Part shown: piece after piece, positions 1 through 9,298 of the stretch
Layout: each line of letters begins with the position of its first letter
Numbering within the stretch: the first letter of the stretch is position 1
Assembly (NCBI GenBank): GCA_947628855.1
Contig: CANRBM010000001.1
Location: 575 to 64,574, forward strand
Source: an uncultured Clostridia bacterium
GTDB lineage: Bacteria; Bacillota; Clostridia; Christensenellales; CAG-917
Length of the DNA stretch: 64,000 bases
Direction of reading: 5' to 3'
Position numbers and translations under genes: made by a program
The notes under the pieces: generated by a model
Databases searched by the model: none
Told to the model about the DNA's origin: nothing
Seen by the model: only the letters and a program-made list of their open reading frames with translations

Positions 1-12
1 GAGGATATCATC

Positions 13-363
13 ATGAGAGCAAACAAAAAGATCGTAGCGGTCGTCGCTATCATTGCGCTTGTCGCAGTACTTGGTGTGTGCCTCGTCGCTTGCAACGCGG
101 ACAGCTACACAAAGAAGTTGGAGAAGGCGGGCTACAATGTGAGCAGCTATAAAGCCGAGAAAGATGAAGAAGGCAAGATCGAATGGGGCGTGGTCGGTAC
201 AAAGGTCGGCAGTATGGTCACAGTCGTCAAATACAAGAGCTCCGACGACGCCAAAAAGGCAGAAGATGATCATAAGAATGCCATTATCAAGGTCGGCGAA
301 GTTTACAGATCCGGCAAGATCGTCATTTGGGGCGATGCTGAAGGCGTAAAAGCGGCAAAATAA
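13..363 (+). CDS. small putative lipoprotein, unknown function (116 aa)
   Basis: GAGGA at 1-5 upstream of the ATG. Hydrophobic N-terminus ends in a lipobox-like LVAC. A hairpin terminator follows. Confidence 0.6.
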   Translation: MRANKKIVAVVAIIALVAVLGVCLVACNADSYTKKLEKAGYNVSSYKAEKDEEGKIEWGVVGTKVGSMVTVVKYKSSDDAKKAEDDHKNAIIKVGEVYRSGKIVIWGDAEGVKAAK

Positions 364-386
364 CCAAAAAATCAATTTGATAAAGG

Positions 387-411
387 CAGACCCGACAAGG
401 GTCTGTTTTTT
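387..411 (+). terminator. intrinsic terminator
   Basis: Stem cagaccc/gggtctg with loop gacaa, followed by a T6 run. Confidence 0.6.
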
Positions 412-691
412 ATTGTTGCAGACGAACCGAGAGGACGGATATTTTTGCAAACTCACGATATATGCGCGATTTAATTTATATAATACAAATATACCCTCGC
501 GTACAAGGCGGATGTGGACAAACCGAAAAGGCAATAGATAGTTTAAAAAGCGGGACTGCGTTTAAGCATACTCGGATGGGTTTTTCGATATAAAATTTGC
601 AAAAATATCGCATAATTATTCAATCTTGCAAGTATTTTGATTAAAAATATGGCAAATTTTGCAAATTTATAAAAAATTTATGAATATTTAG

Positions 692-719
692 TTGACATAT
701 TGCCGGGGGGGGGTATTAT
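692..719 (+). promoter_or_regulatory. sigma-A-like promoter candidate
   Basis: TTGACA (692-697), 16-nt spacer, TATTAT (714-719), about 75 nt upstream of the 795 start. Confidence 0.45.
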
Positions 720-794
720 AGAAATACATACTGATATTAATAGTTACAATTGTTCAATATCGACAAAAAATTTTTTATATAAAGGAGTATTTTT

Positions 795-3700
795 ATGAAA
801 CGCAGAAAAATTTTATGCGCTTTGCTCTCCGTCATCTTGGTGTTGGCGATCGCGGGATGTATACTTGCCGCATGCGACAAAAAGACGACTGCCACGGTCA
901 CTTTCGAGGGAGAGGGCATAGACACATTTAAGATGAATGTGAAAAAAGGCGACACAGTCGCCGAGCCCGAGACGCCCGTAAGAGACGGCTGGTTGTTTGG
1001 CGGCTGGTCTGACGCGGAAGGCAATATTTGGGATTTCGATTTGCCTGTCAATGAAAATTTGACTTTGCATGCCGCGTGGGGCAAGGCAAATCTTGTGCTT
1101 GACGCAAATGGCGGTACGCTGGGCGAAGGCGTACAGTCCGAGTTTAATGTAAAGAGCGACGCGAACTATACGCTTCCCGTCCCGACGGCACCTTCGGAGG
1201 CGTTGACCTTCGCGGGCTGGGAGGCGGACGGAGCTATGCTCACGGGCGCAGACGGCAAGTCCACCGCGGGCTGGAGCAGTAATGGGCTTGTCACGGCGAG
1301 CGCAGTCTGGGTGACAAAGGGATCAAAGGACGTTTTCAAAGTGAGCGCTTTGTCTGACGGCACCTACTCCATTTCCGCATGGGGAGAGGAGTACTCCGCA
1401 GAGCTCGCTTTCCCGTCCGAGATAGCTGGCAAGGCTGTCACGGAAATTGGCGATATGAGCAAGCTTTCCGCTACAAAAGTCACCGTACCTGCAAGCGTGA
1501 AGAGCATTGCGGCGAAGGCTTTTGCAAGAAATGCGTCCGTAACTATCGTCGATATGTCAAATTTCGGCGGCGCGATAGGCGATCTTGCATTCAACGTCAG
1601 CGCAGTGGAGTTTGTGTTGCTTGGCGGCACGACGGCTATTGGAGAATACGCGTTTTTGGGCAGCAATATTGAGATGTTGTATGTGCCTGCGACGGTCAAG
1701 AGCTGCGCAAAGGGCGCGCTTGAAAACGAGGCGCTTATTGAGATAGACTTCGAGGGCGATTTTCCGACGCTCGGCGAAAAAGTTTTCGGCGACGGCACGA
1801 GCGACCTTTCCATAATCGCGTCCGAAAGTGCGTGGAACAAGCTCATAGAAGGCACGGACGATACAAAGGAATTCAATGTGCGCGTACAAGAGGCGACAGG
1901 GCTTTTGAAGGGCGGTCTCTTCACTTGGAGCGATGAGATGATGGAAAGTGGCATAGCGTCGCACGGTTTTTATACGGGAGATGAATTCGACGCGTATCTC
2001 GGACTCGGACTGAATATCGCGGTGATCATCAACGGACACGTCACGCTTGCCGACGTCTACGACGGCAAAGCGGCGAGCGACCATTTCTACAACTACGCCG
2101 CCACTCCGACCGATACATATTGTCTTGACAGAGAGGCAAAAACGCTCCAAAAACTTGCCGCAAACGAAAAGGGCGAAGTCATCAAGGACGGTGTGCTGTA
2201 TGACTATGTCGGAAGCGAATCTGTGTACACCGTGCCCGACACCGTCACGGAGATCGCGGGCGGCGCGTGCATGACCGCAAGTTCATTGAAATTTTTGCAT
2301 ACGGGCAAAAATGTGACAAAAATAGGCAGTTCCGCATTCGCAAATGCCAATTTGTTCGGCGTCACCATAGGCGCAAGCGTGACGGAGATCGGCGACTACG
2401 CATTTTTCCTCAACAGCTATCTTTCGCAGCTCATCTTCGAGGGCACGACAGCTCCCACAGTGGGACAGGGCGCATTCTGCGACCTTATAGACGGTGTATT
2501 GCTCGTCCCTATGACGGACAATACTCTTGCGAGCTACGGCGCAAACGTTAAGATATACACAGTTGATCCCGTTTGGGGAGAGTCGGCAGGGAAACCGTTC
2601 TATGAGGCTATGTTGGGATCGCTCGAAGGACTTGACATGAGCAAAGTCAAGGATTCTCCCGACGCAGAGGAAAAACCGGCGACATATGACACGGGCGACT
2701 TCGAACAATTAAAATCCAATTATTTTGCGGCAAAAAATAAGACTTACGAAAGCGACTATGGCACGATCACTATGTTCGGCACGATGTCGGGCTATGCGTT
2801 GATAGAGTATAACGAAGCGAGCGATTTTAAGGGCACGGGCTACGTCTATTTTAACGCAGTACCCGGTTATGCGATCTCGTATTATGACGATGTGTCTGTT
2901 CCGCTTAAATTCGAGATGTTCTACTTCTCGGAAGGAAGGGCGCAAAGCCGCGTAACTTATGGAAAACTCGGCAACGATCAACTCGTTCCGCGCGGAGCAG
3001 AGGCGGGCACATACGGAGACGTGGACAAAGATTACTTCGTATTGGACGGCTATTCCATCATAAAGTGCCGCAAACAGGACGGTCAATTCTATGCGGGCAC
3101 ATATAAAAATAAGGACGGAGAGCTGACGGTCACGGGCATAGAAGGCATTTTAAAGTTGACGTTTGACGCAAACAATAAGACGCTCACATTCGGCGGCGAG
3201 GCGCTTGCGTTGATCGGAGAGGAAGCGGGCGTTTATTACGACATGGTCAGCAGGGCGATGCTCAAATTGGACGGCAAGCCGACGGAAGAAGGCTATTCGG
3301 GCACGATGACATTGTTGTACAAAGGCGAGACCGAGACCATGCCTTACTATATCAACGGAAAGAAGTTGACGTTCATACTCAACGGCGTCGATCATGAATG
3401 GGAGTTCAGCAAGACTTCAAGCGATGTTTGCGATGGCTATTATGACGAGAAAAATTACGAAGGACATCTCACATTCAATGAGATATCCGTAAGCACAAAG
3501 CATACATTCACCAATGGGAAGAGCAAACTTGAGCTTGACGGATTTTTCGGCGCGACATTGGACGGAAAGGACTACTCATACTATTATTATGAGAGCGGAG
3601 TACTCCTCTTTGACGGCGACGATGTGACGATATACACTATAGAGGGAAGCACTTTCACAAAGGCAACTGCTGCCGAAGTTGGTATGTATTATCACTCTAC

Positions 3701-4469
3701 GTCTAAAAATTATAGGGTGTATCTCGATGGCAAAAATGCGCTTTATTTCTCAGGTGATGAATACGATATGTTCACTTATACTCTCAGTCCGGACGGCACA
3801 TTTGAAACTTTTACGGTCGATGGTCATCAAGGAACAACGCTTAAGGGCAAGCTCAACACCGAAAAAGGATACGGAATGTTTGTCTATTACAGTTGGGGCG
3901 ACAGTGTCGCTGCCATAAGCAAACAGCCGTTTGAGCAGTTGCTATCCTATGAGTCCGTTCGCGTGTATGGCGTAAGCGATGGCATTGTTAAAAGTGAAGG
4001 TCCCAGCTTTAACGCATATGTGAGCAATAATGTTTTGTTTATAAGCGAATACGGCAAACCCATTAGCATGTACGAACTTAGCGGGCAGGCACAGAACTTT
4101 ACTTACACATTCACTTCCTCCGATGGCTGGACGGCAAATATCGATGTGAAGGTGACAAAGAAAGAGGCTACGGACGACAAATCGGGTTATGAAGTGGAAA
4201 TGTCATTCAAGTGCGCAAGTTCGGATCATAAGAAGGGGACTTTGGACGGAAGCGAAAAACAGTTTGTGTTCAGCTGGCTCGATGATGATAAGACTAAGGT
4301 CGGCGTTTATGAGGACGACAGCTGGATGAGCAACTTCTTCTGCGGCACAGTCACCTGGAGCGAGCAAGGCAAGAGCTTTACCGTCACAGACGGCGAGACG
4401 ACCTACACTGTCAGCGGATATGACACGGACAATGTGACCGTCACGAAATCCGAACCCGCAAAGAGCTGA
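795..4469 (+). CDS. large surface lipoprotein with InlB-B (Listeria-Bacteroides) repeats and BspA-type leucine-rich repeats (1224 aa)
   Basis: Signal peptide with lipobox LAAC. Two repeats of the ...GWxFxGW.....W.FD...V..N.TLxA.W type. Repeated xxIGxxAFxxCxxL-like LRR units (AVTEIGD..., SIAAKAFA..., AIGEYAFLGS...). Confidence 0.8.
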   Translation: MKRRKILCALLSVILVLAIAGCILAACDKKTTATVTFEGEGIDTFKMNVKKGDTVAEPETPVRDGWLFGGWSDAEGNIWDFDLPVNENLTLHAAWGKANLVLDANGGTLGEGVQSEFNVKSDANYTLPVPTAPSEALTFAGWEADGAMLTGADGKSTAGWSSNGLVTASAVWVTKGSKDVFKVSALSDGTYSISAWGEEYSAELAFPSEIAGKAVTEIGDMSKLSATKVTVPASVKSIAAKAFARNASVTIVDMSNFGGAIGDLAFNVSAVEFVLLGGTTAIGEYAFLGSNIEMLYVPATVKSCAKGALENEALIEIDFEGDFPTLGEKVFGDGTSDLSIIASESAWNKLIEGTDDTKEFNVRVQEATGLLKGGLFTWSDEMMESGIASHGFYTGDEFDAYLGLGLNIAVIINGHVTLADVYDGKAASDHFYNYAATPTDTYCLDREAKTLQKLAANEKGEVIKDGVLYDYVGSESVYTVPDTVTEIAGGACMTASSLKFLHTGKNVTKIGSSAFANANLFGVTIGASVTEIGDYAFFLNSYLSQLIFEGTTAPTVGQGAFCDLIDGVLLVPMTDNTLASYGANVKIYTVDPVWGESAGKPFYEAMLGSLEGLDMSKVKDSPDAEEKPATYDTGDFEQLKSNYFAAKNKTYESDYGTITMFGTMSGYALIEYNEASDFKGTGYVYFNAVPGYAISYYDDVSVPLKFEMFYFSEGRAQSRVTYGKLGNDQLVPRGAEAGTYGDVDKDYFVLDGYSIIKCRKQDGQFYAGTYKNKDGELTVTGIEGILKLTFDANNKTLTFGGEALALIGEEAGVYYDMVSRAMLKLDGKPTEEGYSGTMTLLYKGETETMPYYINGKKLTFILNGVDHEWEFSKTSSDVCDGYYDEKNYEGHLTFNEISVSTKHTFTNGKSKLELDGFFGATLDGKDYSYYYYESGVLLFDGDDVTIYTIEGSTFTKATAAEVGMYYHSTSKNYRVYLDGKNALYFSGDEYDMFTYTLSPDGTFETFTVDGHQGTTLKGKLNTEKGYGMFVYYSWGDSVAAISKQPFEQLLSYESVRVYGVSDGIVKSEGPSFNAYVSNNVLFISEYGKPISMYELSGQAQNFTYTFTSSDGWTANIDVKVTKKEATDDKSGYEVEMSFKCASSDHKKGTLDGSEKQFVFSWLDDDKTKVGVYEDDSWMSNFFCGTVTWSEQGKSFTVTDGETTYTVSGYDTDNVTVTKSEPAKS

Positions 4470-4524
4470 GATGCTTGAGAACAACGACAGTTTGGTCAAA
4501 ACGCTTTACGGCAAGTAGTAAAAA

Positions 4525-4555
4525 GCCCGTCTGCAAATGTTGCAGGCGGGTTTTT
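4525..4555. terminator. bidirectional intrinsic terminator between convergent genes
   Basis: Stem gcccgtctgca/tgcaggcgggt, flanked by an A-run upstream and a T-run downstream. Confidence 0.6.
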
Positions 4556-4579
4556 GTATGTAATTTGGAAAATGTGCCG

Positions 4580-5791
4580 TTACTCCGCGTCCCTAGTCAG
4601 CAGGTCGCCCTCGAGCAGGGGATAGGGACAGGCGAAAGAATAGGTGTGCTGGACGAGTTTGGCGTCGTCCGTGGCGGAGCCGTCCGCGGGGTCGATTATC
4701 ACGCCAAGCGTAAAGCGCTTTCCGTCCGCGGGGGAGGGGGAGAGGATGTTGAGGGCGTCGCCCGTTCTAAAACGGTTGCGCATCTCCACAGTGGCTACGC
4801 CGTCCGCGTAGGAGAGCACTGTCGCGACATATATCTCCTTTTCGCGGGTGCGCGTGCTGTCATAGCTTATGCTGTCAAGCGGCGCGCCGAACAAAAATCC
4901 CTCCGTGTACGGGCGGTGCGAGACGCGTTCTAGTCTGGCATTCAGCTCCGCCTCATGGGTAATATGCCCCGTGGACAGGTACTCGTCTATGGCGGCGCGG
5001 TAGGCGGACGCGACGGTCGCGATGTAAAATTCGCTCTTCATGCGCCCCTCAACCTTGAGCGAGCATATGCCCGCCTCGGCGAGCGACGGTATGCGCGAGA
5101 GCAGGCGCATATCCTTGCTGTTGAGGATATAGGTGCCGCGTGCGTCCTCTTCTATATCCAAAGGCGCGTCCGGGCGCTGCTGTTCGACAAGTTTATAGCT
5201 CCAACGGCAGGGCTGTACGCACTCGCCCCTGTTCGCGCTGCGCCCCGTGAAGTAGGAGGAGAGCAGACATCTGCCGCTGTAGCTCACGCACATAGCGCCG
5301 TGGCAGAACGCCTCGAACTGCATATCGGGACAGGCGTCGCGCATGGTTTTGACCTCCGCGAGGGAGAGCTCGCGCGCAAGCACTATGCGCTTTACGCCCA
5401 TAGACTTGTACAACTGTACAGTGCGCGTGTTTAGCGTGTTCGCCTGCGTGGAGACGTGTATAGCAAGTGAGGGCGCCACTTCGCGGCACAGCGATATGAG
5501 ACCGAGGTCGGATATTATCGCGGCGTCCGCGCCCGCGGCTTGCAAAAAGCGGAAATAGTCGGCGGCGGGGGCTATGTCGGCGTCGTGCGCGAAGATGTTG
5601 ACCGCTACATACACCTTTTTGCCGCGCGTATGGGCATAAGCTATGCCCTCAATAATGTCATCGCCGCTGAAATTGTCCGCATACGCGCGCAATGAAAAGT
5701 CCTTGCCACCGATGTATACCGCGTCCGCGCCGAAATGTATGGCGCATTTGAGTTTTTTGAGATTGCCCGCAGGCATCAAAAGTTCAAGCAT
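4580..5791 (-). CDS. peptidase U32 family protein (collagenase-like)
   Basis: U32 signature EAFCHGAMCVSYSGRCLLS. The N-terminus MLELLMPAGN is typical of the family. The ORF track starts at 5821; I prefer the ATG at 5791, 4 nt after the upstream stop. Confidence 0.85.
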   Translation of the reverse strand: MLELLMPAGNLKKLKCAIHFGADAVYIGGKDFSLRAYADNFSGDDIIEGIAYAHTRGKKVYVAVNIFAHDADIAPAADYFRFLQAAGADAAIISDLGLISLCREVAPSLAIHVSTQANTLNTRTVQLYKSMGVKRIVLARELSLAEVKTMRDACPDMQFEAFCHGAMCVSYSGRCLLSSYFTGRSANRGECVQPCRWSYKLVEQQRPDAPLDIEEDARGTYILNSKDMRLLSRIPSLAEAGICSLKVEGRMKSEFYIATVASAYRAAIDEYLSTGHITHEAELNARLERVSHRPYTEGFLFGAPLDSISYDSTRTREKEIYVATVLSYADGVATVEMRNRFRTGDALNILSPSPADGKRFTLGVIIDPADGSATDDAKLVQHTYSFACPYPLLEGDLLTRDAE

Positions 5792-5795
5792 ATCA

Positions 5796-6338
5796 TCATT
5801 TGAGGAGGGGTATGCCCGCAAGATATATCAAGTCCGTCCTGTCGCGCGCGTCGCCCTCGGCAAGTACGAACGCTTTTTTGACGATGTTGCCGCCCGCGAG
5901 CGTAACGACTTTTTCTATGCCAAGCAGACTGCCGCCCGTGGATACAACGTCGTCCACGATCGCCACGCGCTTGCCCTTGATGAGCTCCGCATCGTGCTTG
6001 CTGAGATACAGCGTCTGCTCCTCGCCCGTCGTTATCGAATGTACGGACGCCTCTATGCCGTCCTGCATGTACAGCTTTTTGCTCTTGCGGCATACCGCGT
6101 AAAAGCGCTGTCCCAGCTCACGCGCTACCACGTGCGCAAGCTGCAAGCCCTTCGACTCCGCCGTGATAATGACGTCACATTCGCCGTCAAGCAGTTTTGC
6201 CAACTGCTTGCCGCAATGCTCCGTCAACTCTTGGTCGCCGTGCAGATTGAAAAAGCATATGCGCACCCCCGACGGCAATGGCAATATCGGCAGCTCCGTC
6301 TTGTAGCCGCATATGTCAATGGGATAGTATCCTTCCAT
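5796..6338 (-). CDS. phosphoribosyltransferase (purine/adenine PRT-like)
   Basis: PRPP-binding motif VAIVDDVVSTGGS. The ATG at 6338 is preceded by GAGGTG; the track ORF begins at 6350. Confidence 0.8.
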   Translation of the reverse strand: MEGYYPIDICGYKTELPILPLPSGVRICFFNLHGDQELTEHCGKQLAKLLDGECDVIITAESKGLQLAHVVARELGQRFYAVCRKSKKLYMQDGIEASVHSITTGEEQTLYLSKHDAELIKGKRVAIVDDVVSTGGSLLGIEKVVTLAGGNIVKKAFVLAEGDARDRTDLIYLAGIPLLK

Positions 6339-6371
6339 ATTGCACCTCATCTAGCGATATTTTCAATATAT

Positions 6372-6399
6372 ATTATAACAATACGGGAAGCAAAGTCAA
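6372..6399 (-). promoter_or_regulatory. sigma-A-like promoter candidate for the PRT-U32 unit
   Basis: On the minus strand: TTGACT, 16-nt spacer, TATAAT. Confidence 0.4.
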
Positions 6400-6460
6400 G
6401 CGAGGTATGCGCGGTAAATCATAAGTATGACAACAGGACAGGGCAAAGTCCGTGTATTCA

Positions 6461-6578
6461 CCCCACAAAAACATTTCATATTTTTTCGGGGTAATTAAGC
6501 GCGGAGCGGCGCAGCATTTGCGGTGCGCCACCTATCGCCCTTACTCCGTAATGGGCGCGGGCGCTCAGCAAATGCAAA
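6461..6578. repeat. intergenic modular hairpin repeat cluster (copy 1)
   Basis: CCCCAC-aaaaacatttcatattttt-CGGGG hairpin. Also carries the gcgcggagcggcgcagcatttgcggtg...cttactccgtaatgg...ctcagcaaatgcaa module, which recurs at 30626-30700. Confidence 0.8.
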
Positions 6579-7658
6579 CTAGTCGGCGAGGAAGGTTATT
6601 TTGCCGTAGACGCAGACGCTCAAAAAGTCTATGAACCACATGAAGGGGAAAAGCGCGAGGCAGAGCGCGCCGAAGAGCAGGGTGGAGGCGTTGCGCGTCT
6701 CGAAAAAGCGAGTAATGCGATAGGCGGCGGACATCAGCCAGCCGAAGAATATCTCTATGAGTATCTTGCCCCAAAGCGGAAGTTTGTCGAATTTGTTCGT
6801 GAGCGTGAGCTTGTCCTCGAGAGTAGGCTCAACGGGGATCTCGACGATAAACGTGCTGCCCTTGTCTTTTTTGCTCTTCACGGAGATGTTGCCGCCGTGG
6901 TCGCGCACTATCTCCTTTGTGATGTACAGCCCGAGGCCGTTGCTCCCGGGATTTGTGCGCGTCTTGTCCTCGGTGTAAAATTGGTCGAAGATGTAGGGCA
7001 GGCTTGCCTTCGCTATGCCTTGTCCCTCATCCTTGACTATGAAAAACAGCGATTTTGCCCACAGCCTGTATGAGACTTTTATCGTCGTACCCGAGGGGGA
7101 ATACTTGACGGCGTTGGAGATGAGGTTTTGTATCACTCGCCCGAATTGATAGGAGTCAAGCCTTACGGGGACGTTGGGCACTTTTTTGTGCTTTATCGTG
7201 ATGCCTTTTGCCTCCGCGACGGGACGCATGCGGTTTACCGCCTCCGTGAAGTATTCGCGCGCGTTTGTAATGCTTTTGATATTTTTGTTGCTTTCAAGCT
7301 CCGCGTGCGACTTTTCGACAAGGGAGAGCACCATCTCGTTCATCTGTTCTGTCTTTTGCAAAATGAGGTCCGCATAATTTTTGTCGTCCATGCCGTCGCT
7401 CAAGCACTCCGCATAGCCCGAAATGACTTGCAGCGGCGTCTTCATATCGTGCGCGACGGAGGCTATAGCCGTGTTTGTGCGGTTGGCGATGTCTACCTGC
7501 GCGTCCTGCAATTTGAGCATTGTTATTCTAAGCGTGTCGAGGCGCTTTAAAATGGCGTGGTAGACCCCCGCGCCTTCTATCTTTACGGGCGTCAGCAGAT
7601 CGCCCTCTTGAAGGCGCATAAGCTCCGTCTCTATCTTTGCAAGTCGCGATCTTCGCAT
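6579..7658 (-). CDS. sensor histidine kinase with a C-terminal membrane hairpin
   Basis: H-box SVAHDMKTPL, N-box ISNAVKYS, G1 VKDEGQGI, G2 GSNGLGL. The last ~70 aa contain two hydrophobic segments. Confidence 0.85.
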   Translation of the reverse strand: MRRSRLAKIETELMRLQEGDLLTPVKIEGAGVYHAILKRLDTLRITMLKLQDAQVDIANRTNTAIASVAHDMKTPLQVISGYAECLSDGMDDKNYADLILQKTEQMNEMVLSLVEKSHAELESNKNIKSITNAREYFTEAVNRMRPVAEAKGITIKHKKVPNVPVRLDSYQFGRVIQNLISNAVKYSPSGTTIKVSYRLWAKSLFFIVKDEGQGIAKASLPYIFDQFYTEDKTRTNPGSNGLGLYITKEIVRDHGGNISVKSKKDKGSTFIVEIPVEPTLEDKLTLTNKFDKLPLWGKILIEIFFGWLMSAAYRITRFFETRNASTLLFGALCLALFPFMWFIDFLSVCVYGKITFLAD

Positions 7659-7668
7659 TTCAGACCTC

Positions 7669-8349
7669 TCAATCCTGCCACTTGTAGCCCAGTCCCCAAA
7701 CGGTGGCGACGTTGTGGATGTCCACTTTTGCGAGCTTGTCCCTCAGCCTCGCTATCGTCACGGCGACTGTGTTTTCGTCTATGTATTCGTCTATGCCCCA
7801 TACCTCGTCGATGAGCTTTTGTTTGGGGATTATCCGGTTCGCGTTCAATGTGAGGTAGTCGAGTATCTTGAACTCCTTTGCCGAGAGGGGAATGTCAACG
7901 CCATCTACCTTCGCCTCGAAACGGGAGGATGAGATGCTGAGTCTGCCATAGCGCCTGTCGCTGCCCGTCTGCTGAGCGTTGAAGTCATAATAGCGCCTCA
8001 GTTGCGCGCGTACCCTCATCACCATCTCCTTGAAAGAGAAGGGCTTTGTCATATAGTCGTCCGCGCCGAGGGAGAACATGCGCTCCTTGTCCTCTTCGGC
8101 GACCTTGGCGGACACGACGATGACGGGGATCGTCTTGCTCTCGCGCAGTCTGCGGCATACCTCGTAGCCGTCGATCACGGGCATCATTATGTCGAGCAGC
8201 ACGAGGTCGGGATCGATGTGCAGCGCCATGTCGAGCGCCTGTGAGCCGTCAAAGGCTTGATATACGGTCATGTCGCCCGACTTGAGCAGATAGTTGCGCA
8301 TCATGTCCGAAATTTCGATGTTGTCCTCGGCAATAAGAATTTTTCTCAT
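7669..8349 (-). CDS. OmpR-family response regulator
   Basis: Receiver domain motifs (ILIAEDN, LVLLDIMMP, VIVVSAK) plus a winged-helix C-terminus (VWGLGYKW). Confidence 0.9.
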   Translation of the reverse strand: MRKILIAEDNIEISDMMRNYLLKSGDMTVYQAFDGSQALDMALHIDPDLVLLDIMMPVIDGYEVCRRLRESKTIPVIVVSAKVAEEDKERMFSLGADDYMTKPFSFKEMVMRVRAQLRRYYDFNAQQTGSDRRYGRLSISSSRFEAKVDGVDIPLSAKEFKILDYLTLNANRIIPKQKLIDEVWGIDEYIDENTVAVTIARLRDKLAKVDIHNVATVWGLGYKWQD

Positions 8350-8375
8350 TTTTACCTCAAAATGTTTTAATATAT

Positions 8376-9275
8376 TTATTCTACATCATTATTTTGTTTT
8401 GCACAATTGATTTTTTGCGTCGCCGCCTCGAAATATCGCTTGTAAGCCTTCTTGCAGTACCAATCGTGCTTGCTCTTCTGCTCCTCGCCCGCATAGTCGA
8501 GGTCATATTTGCCGTTTATGCGCCACGAGTTGAGCAGCGCGATATTAAAAGCGTCCGTGGGGCAGGAGAAAGAGCAGCGCGTGCACATTATGCAATTTCC
8601 TCCGAAACGGAATTTGCCGTCCTCGCCCCGCGTTATGTTGCCCATGGGACACGCCTTTACGCACTTGCCGCATCCTATGCACTTATTTTTGTCCACCTTG
8701 AACATTCTTCCGTTTACGCGCATCGCGGGCTGTTCTATGCGGAAAAGCCACGCTATGAAGTGCCCGAAGGGTATGCCTTTGAGCATATGCGGCGTCTCGC
8801 TAAGCACCTCGCGCGCCTCGACGGGAGCGAGCTCCTTGGCGGTGCGCCACATCTTTGCCGCCATGCTGTCCGTGTGGCGGAAGATCATATTGTAGGGCAT
8901 GACGTAGTGATACTCCGCAAACTGCTCATATCCCTTGCGCCTGAGTATCGCGCGCATTTTGTAGGAGGAGATGTTGTTCGTCTTGAGCGGCTCGCCCGAA
9001 CTTTTGAGTACGAAATACTTTTTTTTGCCCCCATTTGCGCATTTTGGCAGCGCTTTTGCGAGGTCGAGCATTATGTGAGGCGCGTTGAAACCGTGTATGG
9101 GATACGCAAATCCCACAAAGTCATAGGCGGCGGGGGAGGGCAGGGAGGTCAAGTCTCCCTTCAGCTCGAAGAGCGTCGTCTCCACGCCGTGGACCTCAAA
9201 TTCCGCCTTGTAGAGGTCGCATATTTTTTTGGTGTTGCCCGTGCCCGAAAACACGTAGATAATTGCACAACTCAT
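8376..9275 (-). CDS. EFR1-type flavodoxin-like / 2x[4Fe-4S] ferredoxin domain protein
   Basis: N-terminal IIYVFSGTGNTKK. Two cluster motifs, CIGCGKCVKACP and CIMCTRCSFSCP. Confidence 0.75.
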   Translation of the reverse strand: MSCAIIYVFSGTGNTKKICDLYKAEFEVHGVETTLFELKGDLTSLPSPAAYDFVGFAYPIHGFNAPHIMLDLAKALPKCANGGKKKYFVLKSSGEPLKTNNISSYKMRAILRRKGYEQFAEYHYVMPYNMIFRHTDSMAAKMWRTAKELAPVEAREVLSETPHMLKGIPFGHFIAWLFRIEQPAMRVNGRMFKVDKNKCIGCGKCVKACPMGNITRGEDGKFRFGGNCIMCTRCSFSCPTDAFNIALLNSWRINGKYDLDYAGEEQKSKHDWYCKKAYKRYFEAATQKINCAKQNNDVE

Positions 9276-9298
9276 AGTTTATCTATATATTTTGTTCA

